Origin: Pyrodictium delaneyi
Lineage (GTDB): Archaea > Thermoproteota > Thermoprotei_A > Sulfolobales > Pyrodictiaceae
Length of the DNA: 32,000 bases
NCBI RefSeq assembly: GCF_001412615.1
Contig: NZ_CP013011.1
Span: 420,001-452,000, forward strand
Direction of reading: 5' to 3'
The notes below the pieces were generated by a model. It searched no databases, had not been told where the DNA came from, and saw only the letters and a program-made list of their open reading frames with translations. Below, piece by piece: positions 1 to 7,800 of this stretch; the first letter of the stretch is position 1, and each line of letters begins with the position of its first letter. The translations under genes and the position numbers were made by a program.

Positions 1-499
1 GTGCTTCTCGGTACCTGAACCCTGTTATGCGGAGTACGCGGGTTACGCGCCCGTGTATGGGGGAGTTGTAGCTGAGTGCTAGCTTCTCTACGACGCCTAC
101 GCCGCTCCCGACGAGGACCACCATGGGGTTGTACTCGTGCGCCTCGGTGTCCCAGAAGCTCTGTAGCTCGCTGAGCAGCCCCGTGCCTGCTAGGCGCTGG
201 AACTCGTCGATCACTATTACCGGCCTCTCGCCGAGGAGCCGGGCCGCGAAGCGTAGGAGATCGCGCAGCCACTGGAAGGAGGCCTCGAACCCCGTTGCCA
301 CGGAGAGCTGGCGGGAGAGGTCGCGCAGCGCTAGCTCCCGCTCGGCGTAGTTGACTACAAGGCATAGGCCGCGGCGGCCGCGAAGGAAGCGCCGTACGAG
401 GAATGTCCCCAGCCTCCTCTGCCCATAGACTACCACCAGCTCTGGCCGGCCGGAGGCATATACTTCTTCCAGGACTGCTAGCTCCCTCTCACGGTCCAC
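1..499 (-). CDS. Archaeal ATPase family protein (Arch_ATPase/AAA, PF01637-like). Only the N-terminal ~165 aa are present because the 3' end runs off the window. Possibly inactivated.
   Basis: My own minus-strand translation reads (F)VDRERELAVLEEVYASGRPELVVVYGQRRLGTFLVRRFL...PVIVIDEFQRL...VVLVGSGV. This is the family N-terminus FVDRE.EL, followed by a P-loop and a Walker B hhhhDE. The frame is open from 526 to 1. The only in-frame start is GTG at 499. The ORF track omits it because the stop lies outside the window. Confidence 0.6.
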   Translation of the reverse strand, partial: MDRERELAVLEEVYASGRPELVVVYGQRRLGTFLVRRFLRGRRGLCLVVNYAERELALRDLSRQLSVATGFEASFQWLRDLLRFAARLLGERPVIVIDEFQRLAGTGLLSELQSFWDTEAHEYNPMVVLVGSGVGVVEKLALSYNSPIHGRVTRVLRITGFRYREA

Positions 500-650
500 G
501 AAACGCGTACCCAGGATACCCGGACCCTAGAGCCCCGTACTCCATAGTACGTATCCCGTAGGCAAGCTAGGTAAGTGGCTATCCCCACAGCGCTAGTATC
601 GTCCAGCCCCGTCCTCGGCTAGACTGTGTTGGAGCCCTGCGAGCAGGGAG

Positions 651-1064
651 TTAGGATGGGTGTGGATCAACGGCTCGGGGTACGGAGGGATCGTCGATCC
701 CTGGGCATCGGGCTAGGGAGTCGGGCTCTCCGGCTACTGGGCCTTGGGGTTGGCGGTGTCCTTGCTGTGTGCCGGGTATATGCGTACTGGGTAGACGCCA
801 TTTGTTATCGTTAGATGGCTTCTGCCCCCTGTAGACTCTTAGCCCCCTTCTCTTAGCCTCCTCAGCGAGCTTCTCGACATCGCTGCATACAAACTCGAGG
901 TAGCCCGGCAAGTAGTCCACTAGGAGTGCGTCACCAGCGTCGATCGCCTTCTTTGTATAGCCGGTGGGCCTGCAGCGCTCTATTATGAAGCCCATGTATT
1001 CGGGGAGTACTAGCCCCGGTACAAGCTGTATTACTCGTGCCCCTAGCGGCCTGGGTTTCCTCAA
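651..1064 (-). CDS. hypothetical protein; the last ~55 aa are low-complexity P/G/Q-rich
   Basis: 137-aa ORF with a TTG start that overlaps the stop of the upstream ORF by 4 nt (TTGA). I recognised no motif. Composition changes at about 820-830. Confidence 0.35.
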   Translation of the reverse strand: MRKPRPLGARVIQLVPGLVLPEYMGFIIERCRPTGYTKKAIDAGDALLVDYLPGYLEFVCSDVEKLAEEAKRRGLRVYRGQKPSNDNKWRLPSTHIPGTQQGHRQPQGPVAGEPDSLARCPGIDDPSVPRAVDPHPS

Positions 1065-1639
1065 ATCTTCACCCCGATCCTCCGGAGCAGCCTAGCGAGT
1101 TCCTTCTCTATGCCTGCTTCTCTCGCACGTCTGAGCATATAGGCTAGGTCGAGTTCTTCTATCTTCTGTGTGACTGCCTTCTTGACGTTGCTAATGTCTT
1201 TTCTCTCCCCCGACATCAGCTTAAGGATCACCAGGTCCTCTATGCTCGGCAGGTAGACGTTTCCTGTAATGTGTAGTGCTCTGGCCTCCCATTCTTCGTC
1301 GAGTATGAGTGGTGCGTAGTTTATATCGACGTGGATATCGTCCTCGACTAGGAGCCCCCATTTTTCCACTGCACCTTAAACCCCTTGCTACGGAGCATCC
1401 CGGTAATACAGTCTCGTAGCTCCTTAGTGAATGACGCTGTTATTGTAACATCCCAGTCTCTTGTCTCCCTCTGTAACCCGACACCATGAAGCATTAAGGC
1501 ACGCGCACCAATTATGTATACACGGAGCCCAAGATTTTCAGCAGTTCAGCTATCTGAGGCACTGTTCTAGTCTAGAAATCCTCTCAACGGTTGTGTACTC
1601 GCTTGAGCCGCCATACTGCTGGTCGTGGACCTCAGCCAT
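1061..1639 (-). pseudogene. Nucleotidyltransferase-fold protein (minimal NTase/DUF2204-like) broken into 4 frame segments
   Basis: Segment 1639-1550 reads MAEVHDQQYGGSSEYTTVERISRLEQCLR*. Segment 1556-1512 reads QIAELLKILGSVYT*. Segment 1545-1348 reads ..ENLGLRVYIIGARALMLHGVGLQRETRDWDVTITASF..KGFKVQWKNGGS*, which carries the NTase G-x(n)-D-x-D signature. Segment 1369-1061 is the ORF-track ORF EKWGLLVEDDIHVD...LPSIEDLVILKLMSGERKD. Concatenated, they read as one ~195-aa protein. Confidence 0.5.
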
Positions 1640-1832
1640 CTAGCACCGCCCACCCGAGACGACAAAAACCCGTAGTAGTAGATTATGGCTTGATTACACT
1701 CGGCTCTACAATGTAGCTCTTAGACGTTTAGACGCCGGAAGCTTGGCCTAGTCATAGCTGGTGCATCTACATCTCCTTACGTTCGCCATAGCTGTATAGC
1801 CGGGAGTCGTGTACTAGAGAGGTGTCTAGGGA

Positions 1833-2729
1833 TTGGGTGTGGGCCAGTTATTGCTGCTCGTGGCTGTCTTGGTGGCTTCGCTGCTGCAGGCGAGTTCCGG
1901 GGTTCTGGCGTGCTATGGGCCCCGTGTTGATGGGCTGCGTGGCTTCCTGGAGGCGCAGTACGTGCCGGAGGCTGGCCTGCTGCGGGCAGCTGTGGCTGCC
2001 TATCCCGATAACGCTACCATCTGGGTTGCTAGTGACAACTTGCTGGCTGCTAGGGCGCTGTTGGTGCTCGGGTCTCCTCTCGCTGGCCGGGTCCTGGAGG
2101 CGCTGGAGAGGTATGGCGGCGGGTTTGACGGGGTCCATGAGGTGCTTATCGGGTACCGTATACCTGGCGTGTTCTACGAGGCCGGGGAGGTTGTTCTCGG
2201 CGAGGTGTACTCGCACAGCCTCGGGGCTGTTCTCGTGGTGAAGCGGGAGCTGCACTGCTGCAGGGTTATGGAGGACTGGAGCCAGTACGCGGACCTCGTG
2301 GTGTATCGTGCCCTGGACCAGCTGCTGGCTGGGGACATCGCGGGGGCTGAGAGGCTCTACAGGCTACTCATGAGCATGTGGGATGGCCGTGGGTTCCGCG
2401 ACGCTGCTTTCAGCGGCGCGTACGAGTCTTACAAGCTGGCTCTCGCCGTGTACCTCCACCGGGCCCTCGCCGCCGCGGGCTCGCCGGTGGTGGGGGAGTA
2501 CTGGGGCGTGGTGGAGGAGTGTTGTAGGCTCCTCAAGCTGCTCCAGAGGGGTGATGGTAGCATAGCCACGCATTACAGGGTGGACGACAACGGGGCCGTC
2601 GTGCCCGTGGGTGATGCTAACGTGGAGACTACGAGTATCACGGTGCTCGCGCTCTACTCGGCCTATCCTCTAGCCGCGGGGCTGCACGCTAGGATGCTCG
2701 AGCTACTGCAAGACCCTGCCTGTGGGTGA
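1833..2729 (+). CDS. hypothetical secreted or membrane-anchored protein
   Basis: 298-aa ORF in a very GC-rich stretch. It has an N-terminal hydrophobic signal/anchor (GQLLLLVAVLVASLLQASSGVLAC) and a TTG/GTG start. Its stop overlaps the next start (GTGA). Confidence 0.6.
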   Translation: MGVGQLLLLVAVLVASLLQASSGVLACYGPRVDGLRGFLEAQYVPEAGLLRAAVAAYPDNATIWVASDNLLAARALLVLGSPLAGRVLEALERYGGGFDGVHEVLIGYRIPGVFYEAGEVVLGEVYSHSLGAVLVVKRELHCCRVMEDWSQYADLVVYRALDQLLAGDIAGAERLYRLLMSMWDGRGFRDAAFSGAYESYKLALAVYLHRALAAAGSPVVGEYWGVVEECCRLLKLLQRGDGSIATHYRVDDNGAVVPVGDANVETTSITVLALYSAYPLAAGLHARMLELLQDPACG

Positions 2730-3718
2730 GGGGCTACACACTCTTCAAGGGAAGAGCGCCGGCTGACGCCCTCTGGGGTCTGCTGTTGGGCGCTGTGCTG
2801 GCCAGCTTCTGGGGTAAGGGCGGCGTGGGTAAGACTACGCTCGCCGCTGCTGCTGGGCTTGCACTCCGGGACCGCGGGCTCCGCGTAGCCTTGGTCTCTA
2901 CGGACCCTACCCCGGGGCTCTCTAGGCTCCTCTGCCCCGGCGGCTCTGCTGCTCCTGGCATGCCGGTGCGCTGCGCTGGGGTGGATGTGGTAGAGGCTTC
3001 GGAGGAGGATGTGAAGGAGCTCTGGAAGAAGCGCTTCGGCGACGAGGTCTACCTGGTCGTGTCTTCGCTGCTCCCGGTGGGCAGGGAGATAATAGACTAT
3101 GTGGCTGGTGCTCCGGGTATCGCTGACCAGTTCATGATGTACTATGTCTACACGCTTGCCCGGGAAGGCGGCTACGACGTGGTTGTCTGGGATACTCCGG
3201 CTGCTGGTGGGAGTCTCAGGATGCTCCGGATAGAGTACGAGCTGTACAGCCACATGGGGGAGGCTGCACGGCTCTACCTGCGGGTGAAGGGGGTTCTCGA
3301 GAGGCTGCGGCGCCGCGACGAGGGCAAGACGCCGCTAGAGCTTGTGGAGGAGTGGAGGGAGCTTGCGAAGGGCATTCTGGATTTCCTGGCATCGCCGCTG
3401 CACCGGCTACACCTGGTGGCTACCCCGGACCAGCTAGGCGTACACGTTACGAAGACCCTGCTCCGGGAGTTCTGGCTACACGGTATAGAGGCGCGGAGGC
3501 TGATAGTCAACCAGCTGCTCGACCCCGGGATGTGCCCGGGCTGCCGGCTCCTGGAGAGCTGGGCGCAGAGCCAGAGGGAGGCGCTACGTGTGCTCCAGGA
3601 GCTGAGGGTCAGGACCTGCACGGTGCCGCTGCTCGGGGAGGAGCCTCGGAGCGTAGGGCAGCTCGCGAGACTCGCAGAGCTGTTGGAGGAGCAGGACTGC
3701 CTAGACGTGGGCGTATAG
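2726..3718 (+). CDS. ArsA/Get3-family P-loop ATPase
   Basis: Deviant Walker A GKGGVGKTT, switch I-like STDPTPGLSRLL, switch II-like WDTPAAGGSLRML, and IVNQLL followed by CPGC (a Get3-type CxxC position). The exact start is uncertain. Confidence 0.85.
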   Translation: MRGYTLFKGRAPADALWGLLLGAVLASFWGKGGVGKTTLAAAAGLALRDRGLRVALVSTDPTPGLSRLLCPGGSAAPGMPVRCAGVDVVEASEEDVKELWKKRFGDEVYLVVSSLLPVGREIIDYVAGAPGIADQFMMYYVYTLAREGGYDVVVWDTPAAGGSLRMLRIEYELYSHMGEAARLYLRVKGVLERLRRRDEGKTPLELVEEWRELAKGILDFLASPLHRLHLVATPDQLGVHVTKTLLREFWLHGIEARRLIVNQLLDPGMCPGCRLLESWAQSQREALRVLQELRVRTCTVPLLGEEPRSVGQLARLAELLEEQDCLDVGV

Positions 3719-3734
3719 GGCGAGAAGCAGGGGC

Positions 3735-3757
3735 AGACGCGGAGGCGAGGCGCGTCT
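3735..3757. terminator. Hairpin (AGACGCG-N9-CGCGTCT) between convergent genes; possible bidirectional 3'-end element
   Basis: A 7-bp perfect inverted repeat read directly from the sequence. It is flanked by A/T-rich ATACAAAATA. Archaeal terminators are usually oligo-T tracts, so this call is weak. Confidence 0.2.
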
Positions 3758-3785
3758 ATACAAAATAGGGCGTGCGGGGCCTCTG

Positions 3786-5807
3786 CTAGCGGCCCTTGAA
3801 CTTGGGCTTCCTCTTCTCTAGGAACGCTGTCACGCCCTCGACGACGTCGTCGGTGCTGAACAGTAGGCCGAAGAGGCTACTCTCCAGCGCCATGCCGGTC
3901 CATATGTTTGTCTCCATTCCTATCTGTATTGCGTACTTGGCCGCCATTACTGCTAGTGGCGGCTTTTCAGCTAGCTTCAGCGCTAGCTGACGGACCTCTT
4001 GCTCGAGCCTCTCTGGCGGCACTACCCTGTCTACTAGGCCTAGCTTAGCGGCCTCGTTGGCCGGTATCATGTCACCAGTGTATATAAGCTCCTTGGCACG
4101 GCTCCTGCCTATGAGCCTGGGGAGCCTCTGCGTACCGCCAGCGCCCGGTATGAAGCCCAGGTTGATCTCTGGCTGGCCTAGCATCGCTGTCTCACTAGCT
4201 ATCCTAAAGTCTGCCGCCATTGCCAGCTCTAGGCCTCCGCCGAGAGTATAGCCGTTGAGCGCCGCTATCACGGGCTTTGTGTAGTATTCTAGCTTGAAGA
4301 GTATCTCCTGGAACCTCCTAGAGTACATCATCGCTTTTACCGGCGATATCCCCATGAATGCTGTCACGTCTGCGCCAGCGCTGAAAGCACGGCCACTACC
4401 AGTGAGCACGACTACTCTTATCCTCTCGTCCTCCTCTAGCTCGTCGAGGGTCTCGCCGAGTTCGCGGAGCATCTCGGGGCTTATCGCGTTGAGCTTGCTA
4501 GGCCGGTTGAGCACTATCCAGGCTATCGGCGGCTCTATACGGATTAGCAGAGTCTTCTTCTGTCGCTGCTCTACAGCACCATACTCGTAGAAGCCCTTAC
4601 CAGTCTTGACGCCCAAGCGGCCGTCTTGTACCATCTGCTTTAGCAGTGGGTCCGGCTCATACTCCTCCCAGCCGGTCTTCTGCTTGAGCTTTTCCAGCGC
4701 CTCTACCACCTTGTCTATACCGAACTCGTCGGCGTACTCGAGTATACCCTTAGGGTAGCCGAGGCCCAGCTTGACCGCCTTGTCTATATCGTCGCGGGTC
4801 GCTATGCCCTCGCGAAGCAGGTAGGCCGCCTCGTTTATGCCGGGCGCTAGGATTAGTAGCGGGTCTACCTTCTCGCCAGCCTCCTTGGGTATGTTCGGCC
4901 TCTGGTACTTACCGGGCACCGGATACTCGTAGAAGCCCTTACCAGTCTTGACGCCTAGCTCGCCTTTCTCGAACTTCTCCTTGAACAGCGGGCATGGGTG
5001 CGCCCTGAAGCCGCGCTGCGCCATTGCCTGGAACACGTAGTAGAACACGTCTATGCCGCTGTAGTCGGCTAGCTCGAAGGCGCCCATTGGCAGGCCTAGC
5101 TTGTACTTGAGCGCTGAGTCCACCTCGACTACGCTTGCCTCGCCACGGGCTACCATGTGGCAGGCCTCGTTCAGCACACGGGCTAGTATGCGGTTGACTA
5201 TAAAGCCTGGCACATCCTTGTTGACTACTACCGGCTGTTTGCCGAACCGCTTGGCTAGCTCCACGGTGACGCGTACTGTCTCGTCGCTAGTCTTCTCGCC
5301 CTTTATCACCTCGACTAACGGCATGAGAGGCGGTGGGTTGAAGAAGTGCATCCCTACGACGCGTTCGGGCCTCTTTGTGGCTGCTGCTATTTCTGTTATC
5401 GGTAGGCTGCTAGTGTTGGTGGCTAGGATAGCGTGATCCGGGGCCTTCTCGTCGGCGAAACGGAAGAGCTGTTGCTTGAGCTCGAGCTTCTCGGGTATAG
5501 CCTCTATCATGAAGTTTGTCTCCGACAGCACCCTGGCGAAGTCCTCGGTATAGTTTCCATTCTTATCGATACTCACTACCGTCTTTATTCTCTCCATTAT
5601 CTTGTCTGGGTGTTCACGTAGCTGGCCTTTCTCGTATAGCTTGTCAAGGCTCCACCGTATACGCTTTAGCGCATTACGGAGTATGTCCTCAGATATGTCG
5701 GCCAACCATACCTCGTAGCCAGCAATGGCTGCTACTTCTGCTATACCGTGGCCCATTGTGCCAGCGCCAACCACTGTTATCTTACGTATTCTATCGACCG
5801 ACGCCAT
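3786..5807 (-). CDS. Fused 3-hydroxyacyl-CoA dehydrogenase (N-terminal) / enoyl-CoA hydratase (C-terminal)
   Basis: Rossmann motif VVGAGTMGHGIA, two 3HCDH_C repeats each ending LGVKTGKGFYEY, and a C-terminal crotonase fold (VVLTGSGRAFSAGADV, GGGLELAMAADFRIA). Confidence 0.95.
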   Translation of the reverse strand: MASVDRIRKITVVGAGTMGHGIAEVAAIAGYEVWLADISEDILRNALKRIRWSLDKLYEKGQLREHPDKIMERIKTVVSIDKNGNYTEDFARVLSETNFMIEAIPEKLELKQQLFRFADEKAPDHAILATNTSSLPITEIAAATKRPERVVGMHFFNPPPLMPLVEVIKGEKTSDETVRVTVELAKRFGKQPVVVNKDVPGFIVNRILARVLNEACHMVARGEASVVEVDSALKYKLGLPMGAFELADYSGIDVFYYVFQAMAQRGFRAHPCPLFKEKFEKGELGVKTGKGFYEYPVPGKYQRPNIPKEAGEKVDPLLILAPGINEAAYLLREGIATRDDIDKAVKLGLGYPKGILEYADEFGIDKVVEALEKLKQKTGWEEYEPDPLLKQMVQDGRLGVKTGKGFYEYGAVEQRQKKTLLIRIEPPIAWIVLNRPSKLNAISPEMLRELGETLDELEEDERIRVVVLTGSGRAFSAGADVTAFMGISPVKAMMYSRRFQEILFKLEYYTKPVIAALNGYTLGGGLELAMAADFRIASETAMLGQPEINLGFIPGAGGTQRLPRLIGRSRAKELIYTGDMIPANEAAKLGLVDRVVPPERLEQEVRQLALKLAEKPPLAVMAAKYAIQIGMETNIWTGMALESSLFGLLFSTDDVVEGVTAFLEKRKPKFKGR
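4581..4613. repeat. Copy 1 of a 33-nt perfect direct repeat inside the HAD/ECH gene
   Basis: atactcgtagaagcccttaccagtcttgacgcc is identical at 4581-4613 and 4923-4955. It encodes GVKTGKGFYEY in both 3HCDH_C repeats. Confidence 0.9.
4923..4955. repeat. Copy 2 of the 33-nt perfect direct repeat inside the HAD/ECH gene
   Basis: Same 33-mer as 4581-4613, read directly from the sequence. Confidence 0.9.
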
Positions 5808-5850
5808 GGCTGTTACACCTCTTACCTTTCTCGCTACGGCTGCCCGTTGG

Positions 5851-5860
5851 AGAATATTTA
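5851..5860 (-). promoter_or_regulatory. Candidate TATA box for the HAD/ECH gene
   Basis: The minus strand reads TAAATATTCT about 49 nt upstream of the ATG at 5807. A GAGGTG Shine-Dalgarno-like sequence lies 8-13 nt before the ATG. Confidence 0.3.
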
Positions 5861-5946
5861 GTGTTCAGCTGGGTTAAAAGAGGAGAAGAGCCCGTGGAGA
5901 CCTGGGTATAGGCGGGTAAAACACCCGGGTATATACGCAGGCCTGC

Positions 5947-7155
5947 TTATGTGAGTACGAGCTTTATGCCGAAGAGGTCCTTTAGCATCTGCCTTATTAT
6001 CGTGAGCCTCTGTATATCGTTGGCGCCCTCATATATGGTTGTTATTAGCGCGTCTCTTAGGTACCTCTCTACGCCAGTCTCTATGTCAACGCCCACGCCA
6101 CCGTGGATCTTTATCGCCATGTTTGCTACTCTCTCGGCCACCTCTGTGGCGAAGGTCTTAGCGATGCTTGCCGCTATCACGAATTTCTTGTCGCCCTTGT
6201 CGGCTAGCGTAGCAGCCCAGTAGGCTAGCAGCCTAGCCGCCTCTAGCTGCATCAGCATGTCAGCGAGCTTGAACGCTATACCCTCGAAGCTGATTATTGG
6301 ACGGCCGAAGGCCTGGCGCTGGAGCGCGTAGTTTAGTGCCTTCTCGAACGCACCCTGAGCTATGCCTACGGCCTGTGCAGCTATACCGACACGGGTATGG
6401 TCATAAGTCGAAACTATTACTTTGAAGCCCTGGTCTACCGGACCTACTACGTTCTCCTCAGGGACCTTCACTTCGTCGAGGATGACTTCGTGGGGCCTTT
6501 CGCCACGTAGGCCGGTTACGTTGAAGCGCTGGCCTACTTTGAGGCCCGGGGTGTCACGCTCCACTATGAAGACCGTTATGCCCCACCAACGCTTGTCCTC
6601 CTTAGGTGGGCTTGTCCTCGCAGATACCACGAAGTAGTCCGCCTTGTCAGCGCCCGTTATGAATATCTTCCTACCAGTTATCACGTAATGACCATTAACT
6701 TTCTTGGCACGGGTCTGCATTCCAGCCACGTCGCTGCCGCAGCAGGGCTCGGTATTAGCATGAGCTGCAAACTTTTCGCCACGCGCCACAGGAGTCACAT
6801 ATTGTTTCTTCTGCTCCTCAGTACCGAAGAGGAGGATTGGCGTCGTGAACAGGGCGCGTACAGCTACAGCTGTGCCAAAGGCGGGGCTTACTCGGGAAAG
6901 CTCCTCCATCAAGATAGCTTCCATTAGGTGACCGCCACCCTGGCCACCGTACTCTTCGGGTATACCGACGCCGAAGAGGCCGAGCTTCCGGGCTTCCTCG
7001 AAGAGTTCGTCTGGTATCCTGTCCGTCTTCTCGATCTCCATAGCTCTTGGCTCGAGATGCTCCTCAACGAAACTCCTTACAGCCTTACGGAATAGTTCGT
7101 GTTCTTCTGTAAGTTCGACACGAAAGTCCTCTAGGCTCTGGAAGGGAAGAACCAT
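5947..7155 (-). CDS. Acyl-CoA dehydrogenase
   Basis: 402 aa with ACAD signatures (TEPCCGSDVAG, C-terminal YEGANDIQRLTIIRQ). Confidence 0.95.
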   Translation of the reverse strand: MVLPFQSLEDFRVELTEEHELFRKAVRSFVEEHLEPRAMEIEKTDRIPDELFEEARKLGLFGVGIPEEYGGQGGGHLMEAILMEELSRVSPAFGTAVAVRALFTTPILLFGTEEQKKQYVTPVARGEKFAAHANTEPCCGSDVAGMQTRAKKVNGHYVITGRKIFITGADKADYFVVSARTSPPKEDKRWWGITVFIVERDTPGLKVGQRFNVTGLRGERPHEVILDEVKVPEENVVGPVDQGFKVIVSTYDHTRVGIAAQAVGIAQGAFEKALNYALQRQAFGRPIISFEGIAFKLADMLMQLEAARLLAYWAATLADKGDKKFVIAASIAKTFATEVAERVANMAIKIHGGVGVDIETGVERYLRDALITTIYEGANDIQRLTIIRQMLKDLFGIKLVLT

Positions 7156-7229
7156 CGCCCAGCCCCTCGCCTACCGTTCATGCCCTAGGATTTGCCTAGA
7201 GAGGGAATAAAACGGGATTGGAGGCGGTG

Positions 7230-7775
7230 TTAGCCTTGTTCATCTACCGGCACTAGCTCGTAAGTTAGATAGTTCTCCGGTTGCCTCCGCACCACTTCTA
7301 GTCTGACTTTCATGCCTACACGAAGCTTCTTCGGGTCTGTCTCGCGCACCCATGCCAGTACGTTAACTCCCTGAGGGAACCGGGCTATACCCACCGTATA
7401 GTCTGGGTAGTGAGCAAAGCTCGCAGGTTTAGTGTAGATGATGGTGTAGGTTAGTAGTTCGCCCTCACCTGTTATCTCTATCCACTCCATGTCTCCCCGG
7501 CGGCACTTGGGGCAGTCAGCTTGTGGTGGGAAGTATGTGGCTCCACAATGCTTACACTTGGTAGCATATACCTTGCCTTCAGCGAGGCCCTCAAAGAACT
7601 TACGTATCCGCTCAACGCTTATCGTGTAGCGTATTGATAGCTCTCTCTGGTCGAACCAGAGAGCTGCGCCAGTACGCTGGTCGGGTACTATCGGGAGTCC
7701 GGTGCTCTTCTTCACCTCCTCTACGAACGCTTCTACCTGCTTCATGTACTCCTCCATCTGCTTCTTCTGACTCAT
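7230..7775 (-). CDS. DUF35 OB-fold/zinc-ribbon protein (thiolase-associated)
   Basis: Zinc ribbon CKHCGATYFPPQADCPKC followed by an OB-fold-like C-terminus. It lies immediately downstream of the thiolase, which is the canonical archaeal pairing. Confidence 0.9.
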   Translation of the reverse strand: MSQKKQMEEYMKQVEAFVEEVKKSTGLPIVPDQRTGAALWFDQRELSIRYTISVERIRKFFEGLAEGKVYATKCKHCGATYFPPQADCPKCRRGDMEWIEITGEGELLTYTIIYTKPASFAHYPDYTVGIARFPQGVNVLAWVRETDPKKLRVGMKVRLEVVRRQPENYLTYELVPVDEQG

Positions 7776-7800
7776 CCCGGGCTCACCTCACGACACAGAG

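Noticed and set aside
123-814. Plus-strand ORFs 123-350 and 626-814.
   Set aside because: ORF 123-350 is antisense to the clearly recognisable Arch_ATPase reading frame. ORF 626-814 is Gly/Arg/Leu-rich and has no start context or motif.
1822-3768. Many long ORFs on both strands and in alternative frames: 1822-2241 +, 1848-2255 -, 2364-2573 -, 2663-3253 -, 2734-2961 -, 3274-3621 -, 3352-3768 +.
   Set aside because: They overlap the two coherent genes (1833-2729, 2726-3718) and translate to Arg/Ala/Pro/Ser-rich low-complexity strings. This is typical of stop-codon-poor high-GC DNA. None has a recognisable motif.
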